From positions 6,440 through 70,439 of IMG/VR virus record IMGVR_UViG_3300049370_000001: a DNA stretch of 64,000 bases; one strand, given 5' to 3'. The DNA comes from a virus. Its lineage: Duplodnaviria; Caudoviricetes. The position numbers were made by a program, and so were the translations under genes. Shown in pieces: positions 1 to 9,904 of this stretch; position 1 is the first letter of the stretch, and every line of letters begins with the position of its first letter. The notes beneath the pieces were generated by a model. The model searched no databases. It was not told where the DNA came from and saw only the letters and a list, made by a program, of their open reading frames with translations.

Positions 1-965
1 CACAACGGTCTAACCTGATACGCTCCACCCCAGTCACGATCTCTCGTGAGAATAACGAAATCATCAAGTGAGGCTTCGCCAGATGCGTACATAATGTATC
101 GGGTTTCTCCCAACACGTTTTGTTGCTGCTCTGCGGGTAGATTCGCAAACGCCACCGCACCTGATTGAATATTTGGGTGCGATCCTTTTGGAGCGGGTAC
201 GCTCGTGCATTTACAGCAAACGTGTGATGGAAAGAATGTCTTTGAAAGCGGAAAGAATGTGCCGTGCAGATCCCAACAGGCGAGACAGGTTCGCGTAGAC
301 TTTGCTGAAATCCAATACCATCCGTCGAGGACGTCACTGTTCGCAGCGTAAGTTGCCAAACTGCTCTGACGGTATGCTCGCATCACCTCATTACGTGCGA
401 GTCTGAGCGCCTTCCATCGCGGACCATCGATGCCGCCGCGGATTTGTCTCGCAATCTTCTGAACTGAATGCCCCGCGCCCAAACCTTCGATCAGGCTTGA
501 CCTGATTTGCCCTGCTGCTTCGCGCCCTAGCCGCTCCAGCACCTTAGAAAGCGGTGAGCCATCCTCTAAGACTCCCACCATTTCATTAATCGCTTCTGAG
601 GGCAGTCTGGCAAAGGAAATTTCAGCGCCTTGTTGGATTAAATCGGCTGCATGAAACTGTCCAAGATCGATTGCACGTCTCTGTTGGCCTTCGATGAACT
701 GCCGCACGTTAAAAGAGTAGCCGCCGATCTCACCCTTCACCTGGCGAATCAGTTGTTGATACCGAAATGATCGTCTGAGCCAGTCTCGGTTGACTGTCTT
801 TCCCTGTCGCTGTGCTTCTGCAATCTCACGTTGCAGATCTCGAAACTGACGATTCAGTGATTTATCAATTAGTGAATACGCGTTCGAGAGTTGACGCAGC
901 ATCTCTCTGTCACCGCGTAGAACATCGGCGCGAAAGGCTTGAGCTGCTGTGATGATTGAGGACAT
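1..965 (-). CDS. Head morphogenesis protein (SPP1 gp7/Mu gpF-like), truncated by window edge
   Basis: Not in the ORF track. Manual translation from ATG 965 is open to position 1 and contains LRLARNEVMRAY and WISAKSTRTCLACWDLHG...HVCCKC. Confidence 0.8.
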   Translation of the reverse strand, partial: MSSIITAAQAFRADVLRGDREMLRQLSNAYSLIDKSLNRQFRDLQREIAEAQRQGKTVNRDWLRRSFRYQQLIRQVKGEIGGYSFNVRQFIEGQQRRAIDLGQFHAADLIQQGAEISFARLPSEAINEMVGVLEDGSPLSKVLERLGREAAGQIRSSLIEGLGAGHSVQKIARQIRGGIDGPRWKALRLARNEVMRAYRQSSLATYAANSDVLDGWYWISAKSTRTCLACWDLHGTFFPLSKTFFPSHVCCKCTSVPAPKGSHPNIQSGAVAFANLPAEQQQNVLGETRYIMYASGEASLDDFVILTRDRDWGGAYQVRPL

Positions 966-1250
966 TTAAGATTTGAAGCAGGCCAGCGCTTCATCCAGCG
1001 CGGCACCAAGATCGTAATGGTAAACTCGATTAAACCCGACCGGAGTGTTTGGGTAAAACTGGAGTTCAACAATCGTGTCCGTTTCGATCATCTTCTGCCG
1101 TACATCATCCCGGATCGTAGGCGGACATTCATAGCCAGCCAGCTCGTCAAGATGAGCCTCGGCGGTTCGATAAAGGTCGCGGTGTTCGTTCACTGACAGG
1201 TAAACACCACACTTACAACGGGATAATAACTCTTTCAGTTTATCGGCCAT
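966..1250 (-). CDS. Hypothetical phage protein
   Basis: 94 aa ORF abutting its neighbours in the operon. Confidence 0.6.
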   Translation of the reverse strand: MADKLKELLSRCKCGVYLSVNEHRDLYRTAEAHLDELAGYECPPTIRDDVRQKMIETDTIVELQFYPNTPVGFNRVYHYDLGAALDEALACFKS

Positions 1251-1432
1251 TTATGTCGCTCCCGTCCGTAAAAGTAGCAACCCATTTGATGACCACCGAT
1301 GATTTCATAGCAAGTGCATTCCGGCCCGCCGCATTCGTCTTCGGTGTGGCTCATTTCGGGAAACTCGGCAAAGTCAATTCCGCAGCCGCCCTGACATCGT
1401 TCGCTCGTTGATTGAATGTTATTATCGCTCAT
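1235..1432 (-). CDS. Small Cys-rich hypothetical protein
   Basis: 65 aa ORF with six Cys, in operon. Confidence 0.45.
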   Translation of the reverse strand: MSDNNIQSTSERCQGGCGIDFAEFPEMSHTEDECGGPECTCYEIIGGHQMGCYFYGRERHKWPIN

Positions 1433-1434
1433 AG

Positions 1435-1668
1435 TTAAACCCTCCAGCTTTTAGGATTGCCCATAGTAACCCGCGCCGTGCGGTGGCCTTCTTGAGCCTT
1501 TATCTCGTCGGCCAGCAACCATTCTTCCCGCCTGGTCCGCTCATCCCACCAAACACACAGGTACTTAATCCACGTATCTGAATAGATTGTTACTGCACGG
1601 ATCGTCGCGGGGATCTCACCGTCAATAACCACTTGCGTTCCGATTGCTAGGACTTCGATGTGATCCAC
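1435..1668 (-). CDS. Hypothetical small beta-rich protein
   Basis: 77 aa, IGTQVVI...YLCVWWD pattern, in operon. Confidence 0.55.
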   Translation of the reverse strand: MDHIEVLAIGTQVVIDGEIPATIRAVTIYSDTWIKYLCVWWDERTRREEWLLADEIKAQEGHRTARVTMGNPKSWRV

Positions 1669-1671
1669 GTC

Positions 1672-1875
1672 TCACTCCACAACGTCAAAGTTCGGTTTAG
1701 AATCGATTTCGATACTCAGTCCTAAGACGCGAGTGTTTGGAAGCATGAGGCCAACAAATTCATTCTCGCGGGCAAGCGCCTCAAGAGAATCACGGTCGCA
1801 GAGTAGCGCGCGCGGCCTTTTGTACATCATCTCCATTTCCAGGATTTGGGCCAACACGTTTTCGAGAAGAGTCAT
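1672..1875 (-). CDS. Hypothetical protein
   Basis: 67 aa ORF in operon. Confidence 0.5.
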   Translation of the reverse strand: MTLLENVLAQILEMEMMYKRPRALLCDRDSLEALARENEFVGLMLPNTRVLGLSIEIDSKPNFDVVE

Positions 1876-1893
1876 GGCTTTGCATTTACTGCA

Positions 1894-2178
1894 TTACTGC
1901 ACGCTATCGGAATTACGAATGAGTAGCAAGATATAGTCTTCAACAATTCGGCCGGCAGCCGATGTTGAGCGATTGCTCAGCTTGTACTCGCTGCCAGCAG
2001 TGCCGCCGGTGATAAAGGTCGTGACTGCCTGACCTGAGACGCTTTCGGAACTGCCGGTGAGATCGTCGGGAACTTCCCAATCACTCGTGACGATGTTATC
2101 GCCGGTAGGAAGTCGATCGGCGTAGTTGATCGTGTAGTCCAACTTCTCATCAGGATCTTGCTGTTTAACTCGAGACAT
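1894..2178 (-). CDS. Putative virion fibre adaptor protein
   Basis: QDPDEKLDYTINY...ITGGTAGSEY..N...AGR pattern typical of small phage structural adaptors; SD present. Confidence 0.6.
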   Translation of the reverse strand: MSRVKQQDPDEKLDYTINYADRLPTGDNIVTSDWEVPDDLTGSSESVSGQAVTTFITGGTAGSEYKLSNRSTSAAGRIVEDYILLLIRNSDSVQ

Positions 2179-2191
2179 GAGGAATTCCCTT

Positions 2192-3973
2192 TCAATGTGA
2201 AACTAAAGTGCGGTCATCAGGTAGAGATGCGAACAGGCGAGAGTTGCCGGTGGAGACGTAGACGCGATCACCAGCAGCCGAAGTGAGGATGCGCGATTCG
2301 CCATTGGCCGTGATCACGCGTGACTCGCCAAGCGAATCATAGACGCGCTCAATCTCAGCAACCGAGCCGCCAAACAGAACTATCTTTGCTGATCTCGTGG
2401 TAAGAGCGAAACTGCCAGACGTGACTGTAAAGACCCGACCATAAGGAAACTCTGCATCCTGACCGGTAACGAGGAACGTAGCCACGCTCGCGGGCATTAC
2501 GTTATGCGCTGCCTGGATCATCTCGACGGCAAAGCCCGTCAGCGCAAATGATCGAGTGTTGGCGTTGAGCAGCCGTTGGGCAGTCGGTGAGACGACGTTG
2601 CCCGTCAGGGTTATTGTGGCAACCGTCGCAGGCATGACCCGCGCTCGTGAAAAAGATGCGCCCTGAGCGGTTATGTCAAAGCTGACATAATCTGCGGTGA
2701 GCAGTCGACCACGATTTAGGCCGGTAGCATTTCCAGTGAGCGCAAACGATCCCTGGTTCGCCGCAATCGTCCGTGTGAGGCTGAAGGTCGTTGCGTTCCC
2801 GGTAAGTGAAAACGATCCAACCGTGGCATTAAGCTTTCGACCAAATAGCAACTCACTGCCATTCCCGGTCAGCATCAAGCTGCCATGCGTAACAGACAGC
2901 TTCCTGCCTGCCGTGAGACTTGTTCCGGTGCCAGTAAGACTGAAGTCCGCTTTTGTAGCCGTGAGGACACGAGTAGCTAAGAAGGTGGCGTTCTGACCGG
3001 ATAGCGCAAAACTGCCGGTCTCAACGTCGAAGTTCAGGGCTCCGCTCGGTGTGAAGGTCAGCTCGGCATCATTTCCGGTGAGACTAAAGCCTGCCTGGGC
3101 GGCACTGAGTAAACGATCGGCTTTCAGCCCGATGCTTTGTCCGGTGAACGTAAAGCTGCCGTGAGTGACGGTTAGCTTCCGCGCGGTCGTCAGCAAAATG
3201 GTGTTGCCAGACAAGGTGAAACCTGCCTGAGTCGTATTCAATAATCGCTGCGCGGTAAGCGTTGCGTCTTGGCCGGTCTCAATAAAGGTTCCAACCGAAA
3301 CATTGATCTTGAACCCTTTGGTCAGTTCAGCATTGTTGCCAGTCTCCGTAAACACGCCCGCTGAAACACTAAAGATTCGCGCTGCTTGTAATTGAACTGT
3401 CTGCCCCGAAAGCACAAATGATCCGGTCGAGGTAATGAGCGTAAAACCTTTGGTCAGAATCGCATCTTCGCCAGTTAATGCGAATGAAGATTGGGTGACC
3501 GAGATTTGTCGTTGCGCCGCGATTCCAGTGCTATTGCCAGTAAGCGCAAACGAGGCTTGGGTGGCATTGAGCTTATGGCCAAAGTACAGTCCCGCGTCAT
3601 TCCCTGTTTCGGTAAAAGCACCGTGATTAACAGAGAAGAGCCGAGCGTATTGAAGTGCGGTCGTGTTTCCGGTGAGAGTAAACGAAGCCTGTTGCGCAGA
3701 GATCGTACGCTGTGCGGTCAGGCCGGTAGCCTGTCCCGTTAAAGCGAACGAAGCCTGATCAGCGGTAAGCCTGTATCCTTTGCTTAATCCAGTCGCGTTT
3801 CCGGTCAGCGTGTAGCTTGATTGAGTTGCAGAGAGAGTACGAGCAGTCCTCAGCCCTGTCGCCGTGCCCGTCAGCGCAAAGGTGCTTACGGTAGCAGTGA
3901 GCGAATATGCGCTGAAGCGCGCCGCAATCTTAAATGGTGACTGCGGCGGAGGTGGAAGGTAAAAGATCGCCAT
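2192..3973 (-). CDS. Repeat-rich putative virion fibre protein
   Basis: 593 aa with many ~33-aa repeats containing (G/A)SF(A/T)LTG(N/Q); Thr/Gly/Ala-rich. Confidence 0.72.
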   Translation of the reverse strand: MAIFYLPPPPQSPFKIAARFSAYSLTATVSTFALTGTATGLRTARTLSATQSSYTLTGNATGLSKGYRLTADQASFALTGQATGLTAQRTISAQQASFTLTGNTTALQYARLFSVNHGAFTETGNDAGLYFGHKLNATQASFALTGNSTGIAAQRQISVTQSSFALTGEDAILTKGFTLITSTGSFVLSGQTVQLQAARIFSVSAGVFTETGNNAELTKGFKINVSVGTFIETGQDATLTAQRLLNTTQAGFTLSGNTILLTTARKLTVTHGSFTFTGQSIGLKADRLLSAAQAGFSLTGNDAELTFTPSGALNFDVETGSFALSGQNATFLATRVLTATKADFSLTGTGTSLTAGRKLSVTHGSLMLTGNGSELLFGRKLNATVGSFSLTGNATTFSLTRTIAANQGSFALTGNATGLNRGRLLTADYVSFDITAQGASFSRARVMPATVATITLTGNVVSPTAQRLLNANTRSFALTGFAVEMIQAAHNVMPASVATFLVTGQDAEFPYGRVFTVTSGSFALTTRSAKIVLFGGSVAEIERVYDSLGESRVITANGESRILTSAAGDRVYVSTGNSRLFASLPDDRTLVSH

Positions 3974-4479
3974 CAGGCAAGTTCTTCGTAAGTCACAGCA
4001 ATGCCCCAGCCCGTCGTGCCGGTGGGATTAGCAATGAAGCGTACTCCCCAAACCGTCGCCGGAGGAATCTCGATAACTTCTGTAGGTGTAGGAACCCACA
4101 GCCAGCCATTGAGGTTGTTAAAGTTCACCTGATAGATCGAGACGTAAGTGCCGCCGGAGTCAGCCGAAGAATTAAATCCTACCCTGGCAGCGGTGCCCGC
4201 CGGGGCGGTGCTGCCCGAAATAGCGGATGCTGGTCCAACAATCGGAGATAGCGGTTGCGGCGTGACGCTCGTCATAGTGAGAGTGCCCGCTGTGTCGCGC
4301 TTGAATACTTCTGCCCGGCATTGCCCTGAGGTCGTCGAGGCGTTTTGGAAGACTTCGATACGGCGGATTGCCAGTTGACCGCCAGCGGTAACACCATCGG
4401 CCGCAGTGCGCATCGCCAGCAAAACGCTTCCCGTGCCGAGCGTGCCATTTTCGCCGCCTACTACATAAACTCTACTCAT
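3973..4479 (-). CDS. Putative virion structural protein
   Basis: 168 aa beta-rich, SD AAAGGA, coupled to the fibre gene. Confidence 0.55.
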   Translation of the reverse strand: MSRVYVVGGENGTLGTGSVLLAMRTAADGVTAGGQLAIRRIEVFQNASTTSGQCRAEVFKRDTAGTLTMTSVTPQPLSPIVGPASAISGSTAPAGTAARVGFNSSADSGGTYVSIYQVNFNNLNGWLWVPTPTEVIEIPPATVWGVRFIANPTGTTGWGIAVTYEELA

Positions 4480-4494
4480 TTTGTGAGGTTTCCT

Positions 4495-5214
4495 TTACTG
4501 AGCTAACAGAGGTTGAATTTGAGGACTTCTAGGAATGAAAACAGAAGCAACAGCGGCGGGACGTACCGCAACGGTAAGAGACACCCAATCATCGCTTGCT
4601 GAAATTGTAAAAGTGCCCGGATCAAGTGAGGCGACCGTGCTCGTGGTGGAACATAAACCGAGGGTGGCACCGCCTGCTCCACCTGAAACATCCGCGGTGT
4701 TGCGGCCAGCGAGCGGGAAGACTGAGATCGTGCGGCTGGTGTCGACTCCAATCGCTGCAATCCAAAGCGTGTCTTCAACGTCCCAGTTGGCGGGGTTGAG
4801 CAGGGCCGGGTTCGGATTACTAGATGTTGCGCCGTCTCCTGTGCACGACAATCCGTTGGACTCATTGCTGCCTCCGATCCCTGTGGTCAGCGCACCGCCA
4901 AACCAACTTGCGGCGGGGATACGGAAAATGCGCCAGCCGCCCTGCTCGGCAGCGGTAGCCGTCACGATAAAGGTGCCTGCTTCAGTGCCTACGGCAACCT
5001 TACCGAGTAGGAGCACAGAAACTGCGCTAAGTTGCGATGCTGCTAGAGCCGTAAATCCCGTAGCAGAGAAGTCCGTAGTTCCATCCGCCCCGATAAACAG
5101 CAGCAACAAGTCACCAGCAGCAACATTCGTCGGATAAGTAATGGTCCAAATCGTGCTGTTGGCGATGACTGTGCCGCTTTTAGTGTCAGCGTCGGATATT
5201 TGTGGAAACGCCAT
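4495..5214 (-). CDS. Putative virion structural/decoration protein
   Basis: 239 aa, TITYPTNVAAGDLLLLFIG motif, Ala/Thr/Gly-rich. Confidence 0.55.
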   Translation of the reverse strand: MAFPQISDADTKSGTVIANSTIWTITYPTNVAAGDLLLLFIGADGTTDFSATGFTALAASQLSAVSVLLLGKVAVGTEAGTFIVTATAAEQGGWRIFRIPAASWFGGALTTGIGGSNESNGLSCTGDGATSSNPNPALLNPANWDVEDTLWIAAIGVDTSRTISVFPLAGRNTADVSGGAGGATLGLCSTTSTVASLDPGTFTISASDDWVSLTVAVRPAAVASVFIPRSPQIQPLLAQ

Positions 5215-5220
5215 CGCCTC

Positions 5221-5598
5221 TTAAAACGTTACAGAGAACGTCTCAGTACACGCCGCAGTTTGTGCTCCTACCGTGACTGACTTGTTCAAGGTGTAATCGC
5301 CCGCTTGATCTAATCGAAACGTTGCTTTCGCGCGCCCATCGGTATCGGTTCGCGCGCTCTTCTGCACGATTGTTCCATCAGGATAGGTCATGCTGAAGGT
5401 GACGGAAGCCCCGACAACTGGAGTCGCGTCATCAAACACGTAAGTGAAGAACTGAACGCTTTGCGAATGTGCGCCACCGCCGAGACTCAACGTGTAACCA
5501 CTCGGATCACATTGAATTGAGATCGTTCCAGCGAATACGGGAACACTGGTGAGCAAAACAAATAGTAGACTGAGGGTTAGTGCAAGAAACTTTTTCAT
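5221..5598 (-). CDS. Secreted Ig-like-fold protein
   Basis: SD AAAGGAG, then MKKFLALTLSLLFVLLTSVPVFA signal peptide; GASVTF...TDTDGRAKATF...AGDYTL beta pattern. Confidence 0.6.
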   Translation of the reverse strand: MKKFLALTLSLLFVLLTSVPVFAGTISIQCDPSGYTLSLGGGAHSQSVQFFTYVFDDATPVVGASVTFSMTYPDGTIVQKSARTDTDGRAKATFRLDQAGDYTLNKSVTVGAQTAACTETFSVTF

Positions 5599-5706
5599 CG
5601 AATCTCCTTTGAGGTTTTGTACCCTGCGCGGGTTTGAGTTGCCCGCGCATTCTATACTGAACCAGTAAGGCGGCAAGTGTTTTCTCACCGCCTTCTTTAC
5701 CTTGAC

Positions 5707-6117
5707 TTATGCCAACTGTAACACGCCATTCGTGTCGTCAAAGTTGATGGTGAAGGTTTCACCGTTCGCCAGTGAGATGGACGACGCATAATCGTAATAT
5801 CCGATTAGTTTGTCGTTTACGGACGTGTCGTTGTAAAGCACGACATAACGGAACGGCCCAACCGCTCCTGAGGCAGTCAAAACCAAATCCTGCAACACAA
5901 GCTTATAGGTTCCGCTTGTCTGTGCGCTGGAAGTCGTGGTGACGTTCCGCGTTGACAGGTTTGTATAGGTGATCTCGGTGATGTCCGCCAGCTCATCGTA
6001 CGTTGAGGCGGTAGGCGCCGAGTTGGTGAGCGCGATCACGAGCTGATCGCTGCCCAAGTTGTGAGCTTTTTCTGCGAGTGCTTCTACAAAAGCCTCGAAC
6101 TTTACAAAACTAGCCAT
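5707..6117 (-). CDS. Putative virion structural protein
   Basis: MASFVKFEAF...GPFRYVVLYND...LIGYYDY...LANGETFTI, a conserved phage structural pattern. Confidence 0.68.
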   Translation of the reverse strand: MASFVKFEAFVEALAEKAHNLGSDQLVIALTNSAPTASTYDELADITEITYTNLSTRNVTTTSSAQTSGTYKLVLQDLVLTASGAVGPFRYVVLYNDTSVNDKLIGYYDYASSISLANGETFTINFDDTNGVLQLA

Positions 6118-6233
6118 GAGGGTGAGGAATTCCTTTCAAAGTGAGGGTTAAGGTTTTAAGAAGAAGGGATCAGGCTTCTTCCTGTTGTCAAAGTTTTCGG
6201 CGAACCCACATGTATTGCAGGATCGATTGCCGT

Positions 6234-6479
6234 TCAGGATTTCGGCACAAGTGGGATTGAGGAACCGTAGTCGTAGTAACCAATCGGTTCGTCAAGGGTG
6301 GCGCTGTCCTTGTAAAGCGCGACACGAGCGGGAGGCGTTTCCACGTCTTCTTTTGTTTCAATTTCGATGAGTCGCAGACCGTAGGACCGCAATGCCGCTT
6401 TCAGAAAGCGATTCAGCCCGGCGCGCTTCTCTGCGTCATGGCTGGCGGTTGCTTTGAATGTGAGGACGTAGATCGTCAT
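6234..6479 (-). CDS. Hypothetical protein, C-terminus similar to 5707-6117 product
   Basis: VALYKD...IGYYDYGSSIPL resembles VVLYND...IGYYDYASSISL. Confidence 0.45.
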   Translation of the reverse strand: MTIYVLTFKATASHDAEKRAGLNRFLKAALRSYGLRLIEIETKEDVETPPARVALYKDSATLDEPIGYYDYGSSIPLVPKS

Positions 6480-6480
6480 C

Positions 6481-6708
6481 TCAGTGCAGCGTGCTTCCCT
6501 GCCTAGCGTAAAGCAGCGGGCTTTGCTGGGCCAACAATACCTGCCTGTCGGTGTTCAGTGTGTAAACCGTGACTGTCAGGTTTTCAACGTGATTCTGAGC
6601 CCTTCGTAGTCTGCGCCACAGGTAGATCGCGACACACGATGAGATGGCCGCGAGCAACGTTGTGGTGCTCAAAACGATGGCAAGTAGAACCGCGAAAGCA
6701 ATGATCAT
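6481..6708 (-). CDS. Small membrane protein
   Basis: N-terminal hydrophobic helix; ATGA coupling to portal stop. Confidence 0.55.
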   Translation of the reverse strand: MIIAFAVLLAIVLSTTTLLAAISSCVAIYLWRRLRRAQNHVENLTVTVYTLNTDRQVLLAQQSPLLYARQGSTLH

Positions 6709-8159
6709 GTGCTCTCAATTCCGGCATCGAATTGTTTAGCGTTCAACTCCATTTGGTCTAACGCGGCTTGTTTGACCGCGGCTTCTTCCTTCTCGGGGTC
6801 GAAATCTTCCGGCAGACGATCAGCACGTTCGAGGATGGCCCACAGAGTACGGAGTGATATTTGGCCGCGCTCATTCATCTCTGATAGTGCCCGTACTTCG
6901 TCAGGTGTGAGCGTCAACGAGTTCTCGTCTACTCCAAGAGTGATGGAACCGCCTTGTTCGAGTCCCTCCATTTCGGCGGTGATTGCCAGTGCCGCTTCGG
7001 TGCAGTCAATCGCTGACCGGACCATCTTCGCGAGCTTTGAAGTGCGAGTTGTGTAAGACAGCAAGACTTCTGTTGCTGTTGGTGGAACCTGGTTTTCCTT
7101 CTGAACAAAGTCGAGACCTTTGGCTACCAGTCGCTTTTCAAGGTCGCGCAGATCTTCACGGAGAAAAGGGATTGATTGACCGTTAACCTCTAGGAAGTAA
7201 GCCTTTTGGCCGGTGCCAACATAAAGCACCCTGTTGCCGCCCAGCGTCTTATCGGCGTTTTCGTTCGGATCGCTCTCGATTACCAGTGTGATCGCGCAGG
7301 TGTGGTGCTCAATATTTGAGAGGTCAGAATATCGCTGGTAGTAGCCGACGTTGATATCTGCGATGCCTTTCAATGGTGGTCTTGATTCGAGGAAGCCTTC
7401 GTGCTCACCGTAGTGAACCGTGATCGGGAGACGACGCAGGGGCTTACCCTGCTTCGTTTTAATTTCTCCGGCCTCGATCAGAATGCTTTCTTTTTTCCCG
7501 CTTACGTCCGCTTTGTCGGTCTCTTCCCACAACTGCCATTCGGCGTTCCCAAATTCATTTAGTCGATAGACTCGGTAACGCGTCACTTCCTTTTCGCCAA
7601 AATCACCGTCTGGAAGTGTGACGCATTCGCGGAATGTAATCTGACTGAGAATTGTGCTGCCATCGATTACCGCCGTGCGCCAGTTCAACGCATCTTTTGC
7701 TTGTTTGAGAGTCCAGTAAGAACGTAAGCCCAGTTCATCTTCTGCGGTTTCCGCTGGCTTCGAAGCCGCTGGCATATCAACCACGATGAATGAGTGACCA
7801 TAGAAACCGTCCTCGAACAATCGTTGTAAGAAAACGTCAAGGTGCGTTCCGGCGTTGTCGATGTTTTCAGTGAGAGATTTGATCTGATCGGAAACGTCTT
7901 CGCCAAGTGTGGGAGACTTTCGAAAGACCATGCCGGTGAGGTTCACAACACAGTCTCGATAGTCTTCAAAGAAAAGAGATCGGGCTAACCGGTTGTCATA
8001 GTCTTCTTTGAGTTCAGCGAATTCCTTAGGTAGGTAGGTTTCGCCCTTTGCTTTGATCGTATCCTGCCCTGCTAAGACGTCAGTGAGCACTGACCAGGCT
8101 CCGCACATTCGCGAATAAGCGGCATTGGTAAAATCAGGCGAGTTCTTTGCTTCTGGCAT
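6705..8159 (-). CDS. Portal protein (DUF4055-like)
   Basis: Follows terL; GETYLPKE...DY..RL.R, NIDNAGT.L and PPL..IA..N..YY motifs. Likely start ATG 8159 (MPEAK). Confidence 0.85.
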   Translation of the reverse strand: MPEAKNSPDFTNAAYSRMCGAWSVLTDVLAGQDTIKAKGETYLPKEFAELKEDYDNRLARSLFFEDYRDCVVNLTGMVFRKSPTLGEDVSDQIKSLTENIDNAGTHLDVFLQRLFEDGFYGHSFIVVDMPAASKPAETAEDELGLRSYWTLKQAKDALNWRTAVIDGSTILSQITFRECVTLPDGDFGEKEVTRYRVYRLNEFGNAEWQLWEETDKADVSGKKESILIEAGEIKTKQGKPLRRLPITVHYGEHEGFLESRPPLKGIADINVGYYQRYSDLSNIEHHTCAITLVIESDPNENADKTLGGNRVLYVGTGQKAYFLEVNGQSIPFLREDLRDLEKRLVAKGLDFVQKENQVPPTATEVLLSYTTRTSKLAKMVRSAIDCTEAALAITAEMEGLEQGGSITLGVDENSLTLTPDEVRALSEMNERGQISLRTLWAILERADRLPEDFDPEKEEAAVKQAALDQMELNAKQFDAGIEST

Positions 8160-8236
8160 CTGTGAGGTTCTTTCGTGAGGTTGTGACACGCGTTTTACTG
8201 TGTCACGCGTTTCAACTGTCCGATTTTTGGCGGACG

Positions 8237-9679
8237 TTACATTCTGAGGCGTCCAAAGGTGACGCTTTGCTTCGGTTCTAACGCTGCACTGTGAGCAAGT
8301 GCGAGCGCCCAAAACTTATCGGCGTGGTGCTTTTCATTTCTATCGGTATCAAACACCACGTTCTTAGAGGGAGTAATCAACTTCTTGATCGAGTGGATCT
8401 GATAGGCCAAGTCTCGATCGATTGGTATCGGTGCCTTACGTTGCTGCATAATCATCTTCGTATTGCCGGCCCAAAATTGTTTCGTTCCGTTCGTGAAGTC
8501 GACGCCTTCAACCTTTTGCCCAAACCGCTTTGTCGCATTCTCTGCAAGGTTTCTTCCGATACCGGTTTGGTCAATCAGTAGTTTCTTGACTGGCAAGTTG
8601 GCCATCACGTTTGCAACCACTGACTGCTGATCATCAAATTCCGTGTTGTCCATCGTCAGCGCGAGTCGGAGCGGATAGGTTTTGGTCGTCGACTCGCCTA
8701 CCAGGTAGAGTTCAGAAGTGTTTCGCGTGCGACCAATATCCATTCCACCCGAAAAGACCGTTTCAACCTTCTTTTCAGCGAGCCACTGTTTGAGTTGATT
8801 GATAGCAGCATTGATCCGATCCATCCCTTTCGAGCGCATTTGCCCGATACCGCATAACAGCTCGGGATCTTGGTTCTGTTTGATTTCTTCCCAAGTGATC
8901 CATGCGGTGACTTCGTCGACGTATTCAGCCTCGTATTCCTGCTGAAAGTCTTCAAGAGGCATGTTGGCGTAGATCGCTTTGATTCGATCATTGCCAAACA
9001 TCTCGACACGTTCGCCGGTGAGCATCGTCGGCGCGAGGTTCTTTGCCTCGTTAACATTCAGACAGAACGCTTCGACTTCCCACCACGGAGTCCTTCGTCT
9101 CGTATAGCCTGGGTAGGCCCGCATTGACTGCGTATCAATTTCCCAAAAGACTCCAGAGGCTCCCATTGGTGAGGAACCGATGCGGAGTCGTCCACCTTTT
9201 GAAATCACCGGTAGCGCAGCCGTGTAAATCTGTCGGTCGTGCTTTACGTGAGCGAATTCATCCAGATAGACGTTCATCCGCGCTTTGCCGCGTGGCGGTC
9301 TCGAGGAATGGGAGATCAGACGAGCTCCGTTATCGAATTCAAGCAGGAGTTGGTTATCTGACTTGATTTTCGGGAGGTTGACGCCCTCTAAGTTTTCAAA
9401 GACCGTTCTGGCATAGCGAATCTTTTCTTTCGCTTCATCCAGTGTTATTGAGACAAAGATCGATGACTGTTCATCCAATACCGCTTCGGCAACGCCTTCA
9501 GCGGCCGCAATGAATGACCATGCTATCTGCCTCGACTTGTTTTCAATTCTGAACGTCGAATCATCGTTCAGGTGCGCGACTTGGAATCGTTCCCACTTCG
9601 CATCTTCGACTCCGGTAGCGTTCGGAAGGTTTAGGTGCTCCGTCAGGAGTTGCGCTCGATCTGTGAGGGCGCGCATCAA
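8237..9679 (-). CDS. terL: Terminase large subunit
   Basis: KSRQIAWS, Walker B YLDEFAH, GSSPMG, nuclease GMDIG and HADKFWALALA. Confidence 0.92.
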   Translation of the reverse strand: MMRALTDRAQLLTEHLNLPNATGVEDAKWERFQVAHLNDDSTFRIENKSRQIAWSFIAAAEGVAEAVLDEQSSIFVSITLDEAKEKIRYARTVFENLEGVNLPKIKSDNQLLLEFDNGARLISHSSRPPRGKARMNVYLDEFAHVKHDRQIYTAALPVISKGGRLRIGSSPMGASGVFWEIDTQSMRAYPGYTRRRTPWWEVEAFCLNVNEAKNLAPTMLTGERVEMFGNDRIKAIYANMPLEDFQQEYEAEYVDEVTAWITWEEIKQNQDPELLCGIGQMRSKGMDRINAAINQLKQWLAEKKVETVFSGGMDIGRTRNTSELYLVGESTTKTYPLRLALTMDNTEFDDQQSVVANVMANLPVKKLLIDQTGIGRNLAENATKRFGQKVEGVDFTNGTKQFWAGNTKMIMQQRKAPIPIDRDLAYQIHSIKKLITPSKNVVFDTDRNEKHHADKFWALALAHSAALEPKQSVTFGRLRM

Positions 9680-9904
9680 TCATTCTCGACTCCGTATCAA
9701 ATCTAAACTGCGGTTGATACTGTCCGGTGTGATCACAGCAAGACTCGCCATCAAGGCCGTGTAGACTATTTGTTCTTCCGTTGTGCGCTTAGGTAGATCG
9801 TGAAGGAGGACCAATTCGTCAGCATACACATAGGCCGCGTTCCTCTTGCCCCGTACCTCGCCCAACATGGGAGTCCTGACCATCAAACCCTTCCACTTAA
9901 TCAT
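9680..9904 (-). CDS. Hypothetical protein between terS and terL
   Basis: ATG 9904 overlaps the terS end; stop abuts the terL start. Confidence 0.45.
   Translation of the reverse strand: MIKWKGLMVRTPMLGEVRGKRNAAYVYADELVLLHDLPKRTTEEQIVYTALMASLAVITPDSINRSLDLIRSRE

Noticed and set aside
8160-8312. N-terminal extension of the portal ORF
   Set aside because: It overlaps the terL end and has unnatural composition; ATG 8159 with the late-gene leader motif is more plausible.
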